This document shows, in pieces, positions 10,015 through 19,535 of a DNA stretch of 64,000 nt (its first letter is position 1; the number at the start of each line of letters is the position of its first letter). The DNA is taken from IMG/VR virus record IMGVR_UViG_3300009011_000012, positions 25,474-89,473 of that record; one strand, 5' to 3'. The notes below the pieces were generated by a model. It had not been told where the DNA came from and searched no databases. It was given only the letters and a program-made list of their open reading frames with translations. Both the position numbers and the translations under genes were made by a program. The stretch is from a virus.

Positions 10015-10079
10015 TGCACTTACCCCTTCGGCGTGCGATTTGAACTTAAAACATTTCCCCCTCATGCGAGGGAGGAAAA

Positions 10080-10358
10080 TTATTCGCCTACGGTGAAGGT
10101 GTCACCCACGGTAGCGTCTTGTTTTTCGCTATCCACGCTGACGCCCTCTACGGTAACTACTGCCGCTTTAACCACAACCTTATGAGTAACGGTGTGGCCA
10201 CCATCAGCAGTTGTAATAGTCAGTTCGGCTTCGCCAGGACCTTCTGCTTTACATTTATTGTTTTTACCCACAGATACGACCGCAGGGTTACTTGATACGA
10301 CAGTAATGGCCTTGTTGGTGGCGTTTTCAGGGAAAACGGAAACTTTGATATCTGGCAT
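10080..10358 (-). CDS. Circularly permuted Ig-like (Big_2) virion decoration protein
   Basis: PENATNK...SSNPAVVSV...ITTADGG is the Big_2 core; the usual N-terminal segment (VEGVSV...VGDTF) lies at the C-terminus; AGGAG RBS. Confidence 0.85.
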   Translation of the reverse strand: MPDIKVSVFPENATNKAITVVSSNPAVVSVGKNNKCKAEGPGEAELTITTADGGHTVTHKVVVKAAVVTVEGVSVDSEKQDATVGDTFTVGE

Positions 10359-10410
10359 TTTGTTCTCCTAACGCCCCATAAGGGGGCGTTGTAAATAGAC
10401 GTTTTATGGC

Positions 10411-10492
10411 TTACTCAATTGCGAACGAGTCACCCTCAGATAACTCCTGGCCGTCAGATGAAACTGAAACGCCAGTTACTCCGACTTTTTTT
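10411..10492 (-). other. Predicted -1 programmed frameshift (A AAA AAG) and 24-aa capsid C-terminal extension
   Basis: GAA AAA AAG just before the gp23 stop; the -1 frame reads VGVTGVSVSSDGQELSEGDSFAIE*. Confidence 0.8.
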
Positions 10493-12218
10493 CTTCTTCA
10501 TCCGTGGTTTCCCCTGGATTTGATGCTGAGGAGTTAATCTGGCCTGTCAGCATGTTGATCGCGCCTTCTTTGGAGTGCGTCAGACGTAAACGTGCGAAAT
10601 AGTTTTCACCGTTACGAGGGTGAACATCATTGATTGCTGAACCCCACAGAGTTGTACGGTTAACCAGGCTCGGGTTGGTTTCGTGGACGTAAGGAATTGC
10701 TGCTACTGCATCACCGGCGATCAGACCTGCTTTGCCGATATCGTTGCCGCGACCGTAGAAATAGATGTCATCCAGGCCAAGGTCATAACCCTGTTTCTGG
10801 AACTGCTCGCAAACTGGAGTAGGGACTTCGTAAATGCGGATAGATCCAAAAAGGGTACCGATGTACTGAATGTACGGAGATTGGACATAACCCGGGGCCA
10901 GCTGGAAATGCTGAGGTGGTAGTGAGCGCAGGAAGTTAGCTGCATCGCCACCAGCGAAGCCACCGCGAATACCTGAAGCCAGGGTGCGGTTAGCCATATC
11001 CTGGGACAAAGCATTCACAACATGGCGCATCAGACTTACCCATGATTCATAGCTTTGTGCTTCTGGAAGAGCAGCATCGAATTCACGGCCATACACGGTA
11101 TGGAAAACCAGCGTGCGAAGGCGCATTACATCTTGTTCATGGCTGAGCCACTGGCGCATTGCTGAGAACTGAGTCGCAGCCATGTTAATACCAAATTCAC
11201 GGCTGGCATCAGACGCGGACATGATGGTGTGTTCAGATGCAACAACATACTGAGACGGCTTAACTTTGTAGTTACGCATCGCCTGGTTGATGACGGGGAT
11301 CAGGTTAGGAGCGCGCTCGATGTTGATCTCAACCTGTACTGCAAGCTCGGTACCTTCCGCTGGTGCATCGGTAAAGGTGATATCAATTACACCGGTGTCG
11401 TATGCCACCTTCGCAGTAGCAGCAAACAGATTGCCTTTGCTATCCGAACCGTTGAAATACAGATTGCCGTCACCATCGTCAACTTTCGATGGTTTACGAT
11501 TGATTAACAGCTTGTTATAGCCAGCACGGATAGGGCAGTTTTGTCCTTCAAAGTCCTTAATATCGAACTTGAAAACTTTGGTTACACCATCGCCTTTTGC
11601 CGCCAGCTGGTACAGTCGTTTCATCTGACTGTAGACGCCAGCGCTTTGCATATTCAATTCATCGCCTGGCTTGAAAGTGCCAAAATTGGTGCCTGCGATG
11701 TTGATGAGTTCGTAGATGTCTGATTCATCACGTTCGCATGGGATGAAAGTGCAGGCATCGCTTGTGGCTGCGCCCAGGGCAGCTGGCAGAATCAGCGCTG
11801 CAAATTGAGCGATGCGCATAACACCATCAGAACTGCGCATGGATTCAGCAGCGGACTCGAACATCGCCTTACCGGTGCCGCTATGCTTATCTTTAGCGCA
11901 TTCTGTCATAAGGTTTTCGAGCGCGACGTGACAGTTTGCCAGCACGTCTACAGCCGGGTAACGGCCGTGCTCTTGTTTATACTGGTGCATAGCCATAGCC
12001 CAGCCACCTGCAATTTGCAGGGCTGCATCAGGATCGACACCTTCGAACATTGGCACCTTTTGCACTGCTGAGGTAAGGCTCGCCGTCATGGCGGCTTCAT
12101 CGGCAATCAAATTGCCTGCACCGTCGGTGATTGGTTCGATAGTCATCGCCATGACGGAAGCCGCCCGACTCATCATTTCTTTCTCGCGTTTGCGAGCTGG
12201 CTGAATATCTTTATTCAC
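10476..12218 (-). CDS. Major capsid protein (gp23-like)
   Basis: Size, MFES processing motif, P1 gp23-like sequence, heads the 23-22-21 operon. Confidence 0.9.
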   Translation of the reverse strand: MNKDIQPARKREKEMMSRAASVMAMTIEPITDGAGNLIADEAAMTASLTSAVQKVPMFEGVDPDAALQIAGGWAMAMHQYKQEHGRYPAVDVLANCHVALENLMTECAKDKHSGTGKAMFESAAESMRSSDGVMRIAQFAALILPAALGAATSDACTFIPCERDESDIYELINIAGTNFGTFKPGDELNMQSAGVYSQMKRLYQLAAKGDGVTKVFKFDIKDFEGQNCPIRAGYNKLLINRKPSKVDDGDGNLYFNGSDSKGNLFAATAKVAYDTGVIDITFTDAPAEGTELAVQVEINIERAPNLIPVINQAMRNYKVKPSQYVVASEHTIMSASDASREFGINMAATQFSAMRQWLSHEQDVMRLRTLVFHTVYGREFDAALPEAQSYESWVSLMRHVVNALSQDMANRTLASGIRGGFAGGDAANFLRSLPPQHFQLAPGYVQSPYIQYIGTLFGSIRIYEVPTPVCEQFQKQGYDLGLDDIYFYGRGNDIGKAGLIAGDAVAAIPYVHETNPSLVNRTTLWGSAINDVHPRNGENYFARLRLTHSKEGAINMLTGQINSSASNPGETTDEEEKKSE

Positions 12219-12393
12219 TGTTTAGCCCTAAATTCGGGCGCGGCGTGAAAGTTCTTTTGACAGGCTTAATCTAATAACCTTGTTATATAGTCAAGACTGT
12301 CAAAAAGTTTAAATTGCTTGAAAAATCTCTCGTTTTAGATCTAAGATTGAAAATCAGTTAGTAATTTTCTAACATAAAAAGTGAGAGCAATTG

Positions 12394-12789
12394 ATGGGAT
12401 ACAATATTTTTCTAACTTATCCTGGAGGGTCACAGAGTCACAAAATGAAGACTCTGTGCCGTGCCAGAGCGCAAGCTCACCTGCAAAAAATCCTTGATGA
12501 TGCCGAGCTCCTGGCTATGGCGGAAAAGCTCACTATTCGCCATTCTGGCCGCAAGATTTTGGATATAGCGACAAGTAAGCCTGTTGATGAAATCCAAAAT
12601 GCGATCGAGTGGCCAGCTGTTGGTGCGCAACGGAAAGTTAAACAGCCTGTAGCAGCCACTCTATATATGCCTGAGGCAGTCCGAGACTGGCTAAAGGGGG
12701 AGGGTAATGGGAATGTTAGCGCAGGATTTCGTAAAGTGATGCAGAAGCAAAACCCGGCATTAAGTGACGAATGGGTTAAATCTAAGTGA
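12394..12789 (+). CDS. Hypothetical DNA-binding protein (C-terminal RHH-like)
   Basis: ATLYMPEAVRDWLK...NVSAGFR; preceded by an operator motif. Confidence 0.55.
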   Translation: MGYNIFLTYPGGSQSHKMKTLCRARAQAHLQKILDDAELLAMAEKLTIRHSGRKILDIATSKPVDEIQNAIEWPAVGAQRKVKQPVAATLYMPEAVRDWLKGEGNGNVSAGFRKVMQKQNPALSDEWVKSK

Positions 12790-13244
12790 GTCACGTCAAT
12801 CCATCCCGAACACAATACCGCCTTATGCTGGCAATAGCCTCCGCTATACCCACTAGCCTGAATCCTCCTCTGGGCTGGCCTGCTGTAGTGGATGACTGTG
12901 GCCAGTATTACGGTTCCGATATTTTTGGGGAAACGAAGGCTCTCGCGCAGCTCTGCAAGGCTGGGGTATTGCATTGCATCGGTGAGCCGGATGATTTCGT
13001 TGTTCAACTGGCAGATCGGGATTCCTTCTTATTGTCGTGGAAGTCCGGTGCACGTGAGGCAGGTTTAGGTAATGGCATAGGGTACATTGATTATAGTGAT
13101 TGTCCTTTGGCCTTTGCTGCTGGTTACATGCACTGGCATAACCGGTGTAAGGGAAGGGTGCGTGAATATAGGATCAGCGAGTTCCATGTTTGCCACGGCT
13201 TCGAAGAGGCTGACAACCAAGACATATGGCTACAAGAGCCTTAG
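12786..13244 (+). CDS. Hypothetical protein
   Basis: GTGA overlap with the upstream gene; followed by a terminator. Confidence 0.65.
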   Translation: MSHVNPSRTQYRLMLAIASAIPTSLNPPLGWPAVVDDCGQYYGSDIFGETKALAQLCKAGVLHCIGEPDDFVVQLADRDSFLLSWKSGAREAGLGNGIGYIDYSDCPLAFAAGYMHWHNRCKGRVREYRISEFHVCHGFEEADNQDIWLQEP

Positions 13245-13257
13245 TTGAAGCTACATA

Positions 13258-13281
13258 AAAGGCCGCATAGCGGCCTTTTTG
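13258..13281. terminator. Bidirectional intrinsic terminator
   Basis: AAAGGCCGC-ATA-GCGGCCTTTTT between convergent genes. Confidence 0.75.
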
Positions 13282-13593
13282 TTATTGGAAAGCTTCTTTG
13301 TTGCGTTTGTTTATCAGAAAATTTCGTTCGTTACACTCATCAACTTTGGTGAAGATTGTTTCCGTGTACGCCGGATACTGGTTAAACAAGATGGGAGAGT
13401 TTTCAGGAACTATGCACGGTTGGTAATCCATCACCGTTGCCATGTGCTTGCTGTTCGTTGTTATCGTAACCTTCACGGGCTCTACGGTTGATTTCTTTTG
13501 CCCGGTCCCGCTGCATCCGGATAACGTCATCAGGAACAGGCTCATCACTAACACCGGCATTGAGAAGTGCTTTTTCCAGACGGTTGATTTCAT
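13282..13593 (-). CDS. mlp: o-spanin lipoprotein (Mlp-like)
   Basis: LSGC lipobox; overlaps the i-spanin in another frame. Confidence 0.75.
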   Translation of the reverse strand: MKSTVWKKHFSMPVLVMSLFLMTLSGCSGTGQKKSTVEPVKVTITTNSKHMATVMDYQPCIVPENSPILFNQYPAYTETIFTKVDECNERNFLINKRNKEAFQ

Positions 13594-13879
13594 CCCGGCT
13601 TTTCTCCTGTTGTTTGGAAAGTTTGATTTCTAAATCTGCAACTTTTTGTTGGTAGTTTTGCTCAACACTATTCAGCCGCTTTCGCTCTTCGAGCTCTGCT
13701 TTCCTTTGAGCCTCGCTGAGGTTCAAAGCGCCTTCCAGAGTGCTTACATTTGTATTTAAGGTCGAATTTGCGGCCTCAAGTCTCTCTATGTAGTCAAAGT
13801 GGTCGGATACTGCATTCACGGTCTTATAGCCTGCAAATAACAGAAGCATGGCCACAACTGCGATGATGGTGTTTTTCAA
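13403..13879 (-). CDS. ppfA: i-spanin (PpfA-like)
   Basis: N-terminal TM helix, coiled coil, PVPDDVIR motif. Confidence 0.75.
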   Translation of the reverse strand: MKNTIIAVVAMLLLFAGYKTVNAVSDHFDYIERLEAANSTLNTNVSTLEGALNLSEAQRKAELEERKRLNSVEQNYQQKVADLEIKLSKQQEKSRDEINRLEKALLNAGVSDEPVPDDVIRMQRDRAKEINRRAREGYDNNEQQAHGNGDGLPTVHSS

Positions 13880-13880
13880 G

Positions 13881-14663
13881 TTATTCCTCCTTCAGAGATT
13901 CGATTACACCAGCGGGCATCAGCAGGCTTAATGCAGGTAAGATGGCCTGATTAGTCATCATTGAGCCTGTTAGGGTTATAGCTACTGCGTTATGCAGACT
14001 GGCAGCCGCGAGCACTGTCGATTCACTGATTTTTGAAGCCGCTATTTGTGTCGCAGCGGTCGCTGTTAAGATCTCGTCGGTTACGGCCGCAGCGGTTTCT
14101 ACGGCGGTTTTCAGCGCCAATATCTCTTCGTCGGTTAAAGAAGGCGGCACCGGCGCACCACCAGCTCCAGCACCTCCCTCTGTGCCGGTAGTCGTACCGT
14201 TTGAAAGCTTATTGTTTATGGCTGTCATGGACGCCTGCAACTCGTCGATGTTGAATTCATTCACGCTCATTTTAAGCGACCGGGGTATGCCTTCGTCTCC
14301 CATACCGGCAACGAGAGGGAATGGTTCACTCACAGGTAACGAAGCTGCTTTTACATGGCATTCCCAACCCAGCTTCATCTGTAAGAGGTCAGACGGCGTG
14401 CAATATGGAGATATGGCTCCTGCAAGTGCGCTTGCAGCATTAGCTGCTTGCGTAATGATCTCTGTGAACGCTGGAAGCTGAGACGTATACGCACTGACCG
14501 AAGGTGGGTAAGACATTCCAGGTTGAATAAGCGTTCCGATAGTTGTCGCCAAGTTAGTAGCGGCATCTTCAGCTTCTCTGCTTAATTTGACAGTTGCAGG
14601 CGTATTTAAGCCTGCCTGATTAAGGATATTGAAGGCATCAATCTGGCCTTGGGTATCGAGCAT
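13881..14663 (-). CDS. upfB: UpfB-like virion protein
   Basis: Synteny upfC-upfB-ppfA-mlp. Confidence 0.6.
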   Translation of the reverse strand: MLDTQGQIDAFNILNQAGLNTPATVKLSREAEDAATNLATTIGTLIQPGMSYPPSVSAYTSQLPAFTEIITQAANAASALAGAISPYCTPSDLLQMKLGWECHVKAASLPVSEPFPLVAGMGDEGIPRSLKMSVNEFNIDELQASMTAINNKLSNGTTTGTEGGAGAGGAPVPPSLTDEEILALKTAVETAAAVTDEILTATAATQIAASKISESTVLAAASLHNAVAITLTGSMMTNQAILPALSLLMPAGVIESLKEE

Positions 14664-14947
14664 TATTCAACCTCAAATGAGCCATCACCGGTCGCAACTA
14701 CCGATCCGCACGAAACTGGGTCGCCAACACAAACTCCCGCTTTACCTCCAATGACGAACCATGGGCGAGTAGAAACAGCCGCGCCCGGGTGTGAGCTATT
14801 CCCGTCGCTATGATCAGGAAACGCATTTCCATCCACTACTACCGGTTTTCCATTAACTGTGAACCAGGGCACTGTCTCTGCTACTTGGCGGGATGGAAAC
14901 CCGCCATGCCCGGAGCAAACAGTATCGCTGATCGCAATAGCACTCAT
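14663..14947 (-). CDS. upfC: PAAR-like baseplate spike tip (UpfC)
   Basis: CSGHGGFPSR, VNGKP, GDPVSCGS; AGGAGG RBS. Confidence 0.9.
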   Translation of the reverse strand: MSAIAISDTVCSGHGGFPSRQVAETVPWFTVNGKPVVVDGNAFPDHSDGNSSHPGAAVSTRPWFVIGGKAGVCVGDPVSCGSVVATGDGSFEVE

Positions 14948-15037
14948 AACGCCTCCTTTGATCTTGTGGAATTCTGGTCGGTTTGTGATTTGACGTGATA
15001 GCCCGCCGGAGGACTTGTGATGTTGAGTAAAGATAAA

Positions 15038-15150
15038 TTCTCTTTTCGTTCTCAAAACAATCTCAATTCAGTCTCTTGTTAAGTGCCATTTCACTTGTTA
15101 TTCTCTCTTCGTTCTCAGTTATGTATCTTTATAAACTCTTATGTGTCTCA
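15038..15150. repeat. Short TCTC-rich direct repeats, candidate parC-like centromere/operator
   Basis: TTCTCTTTTCGTTCTCA and TTCTCTCTTCGTTCTCA plus shorter TCTC units upstream of parM. Confidence 0.45.
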
Positions 15151-15163
15151 GAAGTGGAGCAAT

Positions 15164-16123
15164 ATGATGCGCATTTTTATCGACGATGGTTCAACTAATA
15201 TCAAAATGTTGTGGGAAGAGGGTGGTAAGACCTTCACTCACATCAGCCCTAACAGCTTCAAGCGAGGATGGTCGGCAACGTTCGGTTCAGGAAAACCGTT
15301 CAACTATTTAGTTGATGGGGAGAAGTATTCCTTTGATCTGATTACGCCGGACGTTCTGCCTACAAACAATGTTGAATGGCAGTACAGCCCGTTAAATGCC
15401 CTGGCCATACACCACGCACTACAGACAAGCGGCATAGAGCCACAAGATGTAGAGGTTATTGTTACCTTGCCACTGGCTGAGTATTACGACGAGGATGCTC
15501 AGTACCGCCTGGATAACATTGAGCGTAAAAAGAAGAGTGTCATGCGCTCTGTGGAACTGAATAAGGGGAGCGGCTTCAACATCACCAAAGTTAAGGTGCT
15601 CCCGGAGTCTATTCCTGCTGGCGTTAGCCTCTGCGCGGATCTCAAACCGTCTCATTCAGCTTTGATCGTAGACTTGGGAGGGACCACGCTCGATGTCTCG
15701 ATGGTGGCCGGTCAAATGACTTCAGTATCCCGCGTCTATGGCGACTCACGGCTAGGAGTATCATTAGTAACTGATGCCGTTAAACTGGCCCTGGCTAAGG
15801 CGGAAACAGCAACGTCCAGCTACAACGTAGACCAGATCATTATTAACCGTAATGACGCGGAATTTTTGGCCGAAAACATTAACGACCCTGCAGCCATTGA
15901 TTTTGTCAAAAAAGAGATCACGTCCAGCATCGAGCGTCTTTGCAAACGCGTGAATGATGTTATTAGCAGTTTCAAAGGGTATTCTCATGTTATTGTAATT
16001 GGAGGTGGCGCACCGCTAGTGGCTGACTCTATCCGTGATCATGTTGCTATCCGTGATGATCGCTTTTTTGTGGCCGACGAACCTCAATTTGCTCTCGTTC
16101 GTGGCCTTAAACTACTCGGTTAA
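15164..16123 (+). CDS. parM: Actin-like partition ATPase ParM/StbA
   Basis: IFIDDGSTNIK, PESIPAG, DLGGTTLD, IGGGA. Confidence 0.93.
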   Translation: MMRIFIDDGSTNIKMLWEEGGKTFTHISPNSFKRGWSATFGSGKPFNYLVDGEKYSFDLITPDVLPTNNVEWQYSPLNALAIHHALQTSGIEPQDVEVIVTLPLAEYYDEDAQYRLDNIERKKKSVMRSVELNKGSGFNITKVKVLPESIPAGVSLCADLKPSHSALIVDLGGTTLDVSMVAGQMTSVSRVYGDSRLGVSLVTDAVKLALAKAETATSSYNVDQIIINRNDAEFLAENINDPAAIDFVKKEITSSIERLCKRVNDVISSFKGYSHVIVIGGGAPLVADSIRDHVAIRDDRFFVADEPQFALVRGLKLLG

Positions 16124-16134
16124 CAGGAGTATGT

Positions 16135-16515
16135 ATGTCCCAGGACCGCAGAAAGGTACTTCTGTATCTTCGCCGGACTAAAATCGCCAACGAGCGTTTT
16201 GTTGATGAACGATTAGAATCATATCCTAATCGTGTTCGCGGCGATGTTGCTCGGACTGCGTTGCTGGCCGGTTTTGCATTAGCTGAAATCGATAGCCGGT
16301 TGCCTGGCATTCTCGCTGCCACACTCGGCGACGAGACAAAGGGTGAAACCATACGCGCTATATTGGCGTCATTCTTAGAACTTCAGTCACCATCAGCTGA
16401 GCCAGCCGTAAAGCCAACCGAAGAAACGCGGTTGCCCGGGGAAACAAGCAAGGGAAATCCTGACGAGACTGATAATTCAGCGATCAAGCGGTTTTCCAGC
16501 CAGTTCCCTGAATAA
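16135..16515 (+). CDS. ParR/StbB-like adaptor
   Basis: RHH-like N-terminus, RGDVARTALLAGFAL, directly after parM. Confidence 0.8.
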   Translation: MSQDRRKVLLYLRRTKIANERFVDERLESYPNRVRGDVARTALLAGFALAEIDSRLPGILAATLGDETKGETIRAILASFLELQSPSAEPAVKPTEETRLPGETSKGNPDETDNSAIKRFSSQFPE

Positions 16516-16543
16516 AAAAAGCCCCTATTAAGGGGCTTTTTTT
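16514..16543. terminator. Bidirectional intrinsic terminator
   Basis: A7-GCCCCT-ATTA-AGGGGC-T7. Confidence 0.85.
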
Positions 16544-18590
16544 AGCATCCAAGTTTAGCCAGGATATCACTGGCCATCTCCCGGCTACCGGATTTACACG
16601 ACACCGAACGCCGAGCCTGCAGCTGGTGGAGGTCAAAACCGTTATTGCGGTACAACTCCCGTATTTTAGGCGCGCCGCTGTTCGTGATAAGCACCTTTGC
16701 TCCTCGCTTATTAGCTGCCACCAGCAGTGAAACCAATCTTTCCTGTTCGTCAAAACCAAAGCTGTGGCCAGAATAGCTCGTGAAACCATTCTTGCCCGGC
16801 ATGGGCTCGTATGGAGGGTCACAAAAAATAACATCGCCTTCACCGGCCTGCGTGATCACGCCAGCGAAGTCGCCAGTGACAAACTCGCTTATGTTTGCCG
16901 CCCCAAGGAACTGCTCCATCTCTTCAAGTGGGAAGCGAGGCGCTTTATATTTGCCGTAACCAACATTGAATTCTCCGGACAGGTTATAGCGCACAAGGCC
17001 GTTGAATGCGTGACGGTTAAGGTACAAGAACGCAGCGGCTAAATGACAGTCGTCTAAAGCTTTCTCATTGAACAACCTACGTATTCGAAGAAATGAATCG
17101 GCGGTATTGTAGTTCTCGAAGTAATGATGGGCGAGGGTTATAAGAGCATGCCCCTCACGCTGTAATACCTTATAGAAATTGATTAGGTGGCCGTTAACAT
17201 CATTAAGCAGATTCTGTTTATAGCCCGCATTGGTAAAGACCGAGCCGCCGCCGACAAATGGCTCGATCAAACGTTTCCCGTGCGGCAAGTGCTCATTCAA
17301 CACTTCCATTACGGAAAACTTGCCACCAGCCCATTTGAAGATCGGGCGCTCAAACTCTTCCGGCGCGCGAACGACGCGAAGGTGTGTAACGGTGCTCTTG
17401 AGAGGGCTAGCCTCGCGAATAGCATCATCTATACGCTTGCCTATCCATCTCATTACCGGCACCGCCATAGAGTTTCCCAGAGCTTTGTAGCGCGGACCAT
17501 CAGCTGCAAGTTTTTTTGCTTCTTCGACTGTAATATCTGGGAAGTAATGATGCAGATGGGTAATGTCATCCTCTCGGATTTGCTTACGCTTTGCTGTAGG
17601 GATGAGGGTGTACTGGTCAGGGAAGCCCTGAAGTCGTTCGCATTCAACTGGAGTTAAGCGCCGAACATTAATCGGGTCCACTGTCACAACAATTGGAGCC
17701 TCATGATTACAGGTAAGCGTTGGCGTTGCGCCATCAGTTTTGATCTCTGCTCCGCCTTGGCCATGTGCCATAGCTATCAGATGGTTTTTTTCGACTTCGC
17801 AACTGAGTCCAGTGCCATGCGTAGCATTGTCGGCAGAGTTCTGCCGCGCGCTCCGGCCCGGCGGAGTATCCCTGCGCTCGCCTTCGCGCTCAAATAGTAT
17901 TTCGGATGGATCGATGTCTGTTCGAGCACTTGAGACAACGAAGACACGGTTGCGTTGTTGGGCCACGCCGAAGTATTGGGCATCGAGGGTTCGCCAGGCC
18001 ACTTTGCGCTTTCGCCCAATAACACAACCAGACTTTGGCCACTTTGGAAAATGTTGACTGGCTTTTTTGCTCCATGTCCAGAAAGCACTGGATTTTCCGT
18101 CTGCAGGTCGTTGACCTGGTTCAAATGGATCATCTTCACCAGCCAATCCGGCAAGGAAACAGCCGAATGCGTTATCTGTGGAGCTGAGGACTCCGCTAAC
18201 ATTTTCCCACACCGAGATTGCTGGCTGGTGGCCAGATTTAATACGTGTTTCATCGATAACATCCAGTAACTCAACATATTTTAGAGTCAGCTGCCCACGC
18301 TCGTCTTCCAAACCACCACGTAACCCGGCAATTGAAAATGCTTGGCAGGGCGTGCCACCCACCAGCAAATCAGGGGCATTAATCTCACCCGAAGCAATGC
18401 GACTGGCTATTTGCGTCATATCCCCTAAGTTCACAGTGTCGGGATAACGATAAGCAAGTACAGCTGAAGGGAAGGGGGCTATCTCGCTCAGCCAGTCGGC
18501 GCTCCACCCAAGCGGCCCCCAGGCGCAGCTGGCCGCCTCAATACCAGAGCAAACTGAGCCGAAGCTTACCTTAGCGTTGTGCTTCGCCAC
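16542..18590 (-). CDS. dmt: Fused C5-cytosine and Dam-type adenine DNA methyltransferase (Dmt)
   Basis: SVCSGI, GGTPCQ, WENV, GNS (C5 MTase), then KWAGGK, EPFVGGG, DPPY (Dam); GTG start after GGAGG. Confidence 0.93.
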   Translation of the reverse strand: MAKHNAKVSFGSVCSGIEAASCAWGPLGWSADWLSEIAPFPSAVLAYRYPDTVNLGDMTQIASRIASGEINAPDLLVGGTPCQAFSIAGLRGGLEDERGQLTLKYVELLDVIDETRIKSGHQPAISVWENVSGVLSSTDNAFGCFLAGLAGEDDPFEPGQRPADGKSSAFWTWSKKASQHFPKWPKSGCVIGRKRKVAWRTLDAQYFGVAQQRNRVFVVSSARTDIDPSEILFEREGERRDTPPGRSARQNSADNATHGTGLSCEVEKNHLIAMAHGQGGAEIKTDGATPTLTCNHEAPIVVTVDPINVRRLTPVECERLQGFPDQYTLIPTAKRKQIREDDITHLHHYFPDITVEEAKKLAADGPRYKALGNSMAVPVMRWIGKRIDDAIREASPLKSTVTHLRVVRAPEEFERPIFKWAGGKFSVMEVLNEHLPHGKRLIEPFVGGGSVFTNAGYKQNLLNDVNGHLINFYKVLQREGHALITLAHHYFENYNTADSFLRIRRLFNEKALDDCHLAAAFLYLNRHAFNGLVRYNLSGEFNVGYGKYKAPRFPLEEMEQFLGAANISEFVTGDFAGVITQAGEGDVIFCDPPYEPMPGKNGFTSYSGHSFGFDEQERLVSLLVAANKRGAKVLITNSGAPKIRELYRNNGFDLHQLQARRSVSCKSGSREMASDILAKLGC

Positions 18591-19476
18591 CAACGACCTC
18601 CACCAGTGCAGTAAACAGCGCAGATAACTCGGCAGTAAAAAGAATGAAGTCAGCGTCAAATCTTTGAAGCACATCTTCACGGTCGATGTCGTCGTTCTGA
18701 TCGTACAGTTCGTCGGTGAAGCTAAGTCCTTTGATTGTCATGTCATCGCACAGGCGGAATGAGGCACGATCGGACCAGTTTAAACCGACGGCAGTAGCTA
18801 CCTTTCCTGCGTCGATATGGGTCAGGACTTCCTCAGAATGCAGATCCTGTTTCTTACAGCGCACAGCGCCGCCATCTTCCAAAATGGCTTTGAGCATTAC
18901 GTCTGTACCGGCAGTAAAACCGCGCGGGAAACCGCTTCGAATCCATTCGGTGATGGTCAACTCTACTGGTTCAGCGGGGGTGAATGGAACGACCGGCAGA
19001 CTTCCTAGGGACTTACGCAGCAACGCCAGCATATCTTCAGCCTTACGAGCGCTATTGCCTTCAACAAAGACGAGTCCTTCTTTACGGTCCACTATCAGGC
19101 GATTGCGCGATTTTCGGGTGAAGGCTCGGGGGAGAAGTGAGTGTAATACCTCATCCTTCAATGAGTCCTTCTCAGTCTTCTTAAGCTTGCGTCCCTGTTC
19201 GATTTCAAGCTTCGTAATTTTTTTATTCAATTCGTCCTTAATGACATGCGTAGGAATGATTTTTTCCTCACGTTGCATAGTCATAAGAAGATATTGCCCG
19301 CTTTCATACGTTAGATTATCCCCGATTGTTTCTATCCACCCAGCAGTGGCCATATCCTGTGACCCACAAGGTTTAAAAAGGAAGCTTTTCAGCGATTCGT
19401 TAACGGCTGCAGTCTGTAGCTCAACGTCACGCGAGAGGCGGTAAATCAGAATGCCTTTGAATGCTATAGATTTCAT
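18571..19476 (-). CDS. rdgC: Recombination-associated protein RdgC (HrdC)
   Basis: FKPCGSQD, REEKIIP, LLPRAF, LRKSLGSLPVVP, RFDADF. Confidence 0.95.
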   Translation of the reverse strand: MKSIAFKGILIYRLSRDVELQTAAVNESLKSFLFKPCGSQDMATAGWIETIGDNLTYESGQYLLMTMQREEKIIPTHVIKDELNKKITKLEIEQGRKLKKTEKDSLKDEVLHSLLPRAFTRKSRNRLIVDRKEGLVFVEGNSARKAEDMLALLRKSLGSLPVVPFTPAEPVELTITEWIRSGFPRGFTAGTDVMLKAILEDGGAVRCKKQDLHSEEVLTHIDAGKVATAVGLNWSDRASFRLCDDMTIKGLSFTDELYDQNDDIDREDVLQRFDADFILFTAELSALFTALVEVVGGEAQR

Positions 19477-19535
19477 TTATCAACCTTAACTGTTAGAAAA
19501 TTACTCTTTATTATCGTCCACAACATCGGCATTTG

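Noticed and set aside
16542-18590. Dcm-Dam fusion as a novelty or a restriction-modification system
   Set aside because: Same architecture as P1 Dmt; no adjacent endonuclease.
17777-19444. Long alternative-frame or antisense ORFs in dmt and rdgC (17777-18277, 18716-19444)
   Set aside because: They lie inside well-supported genes and have no independent signals I can support.
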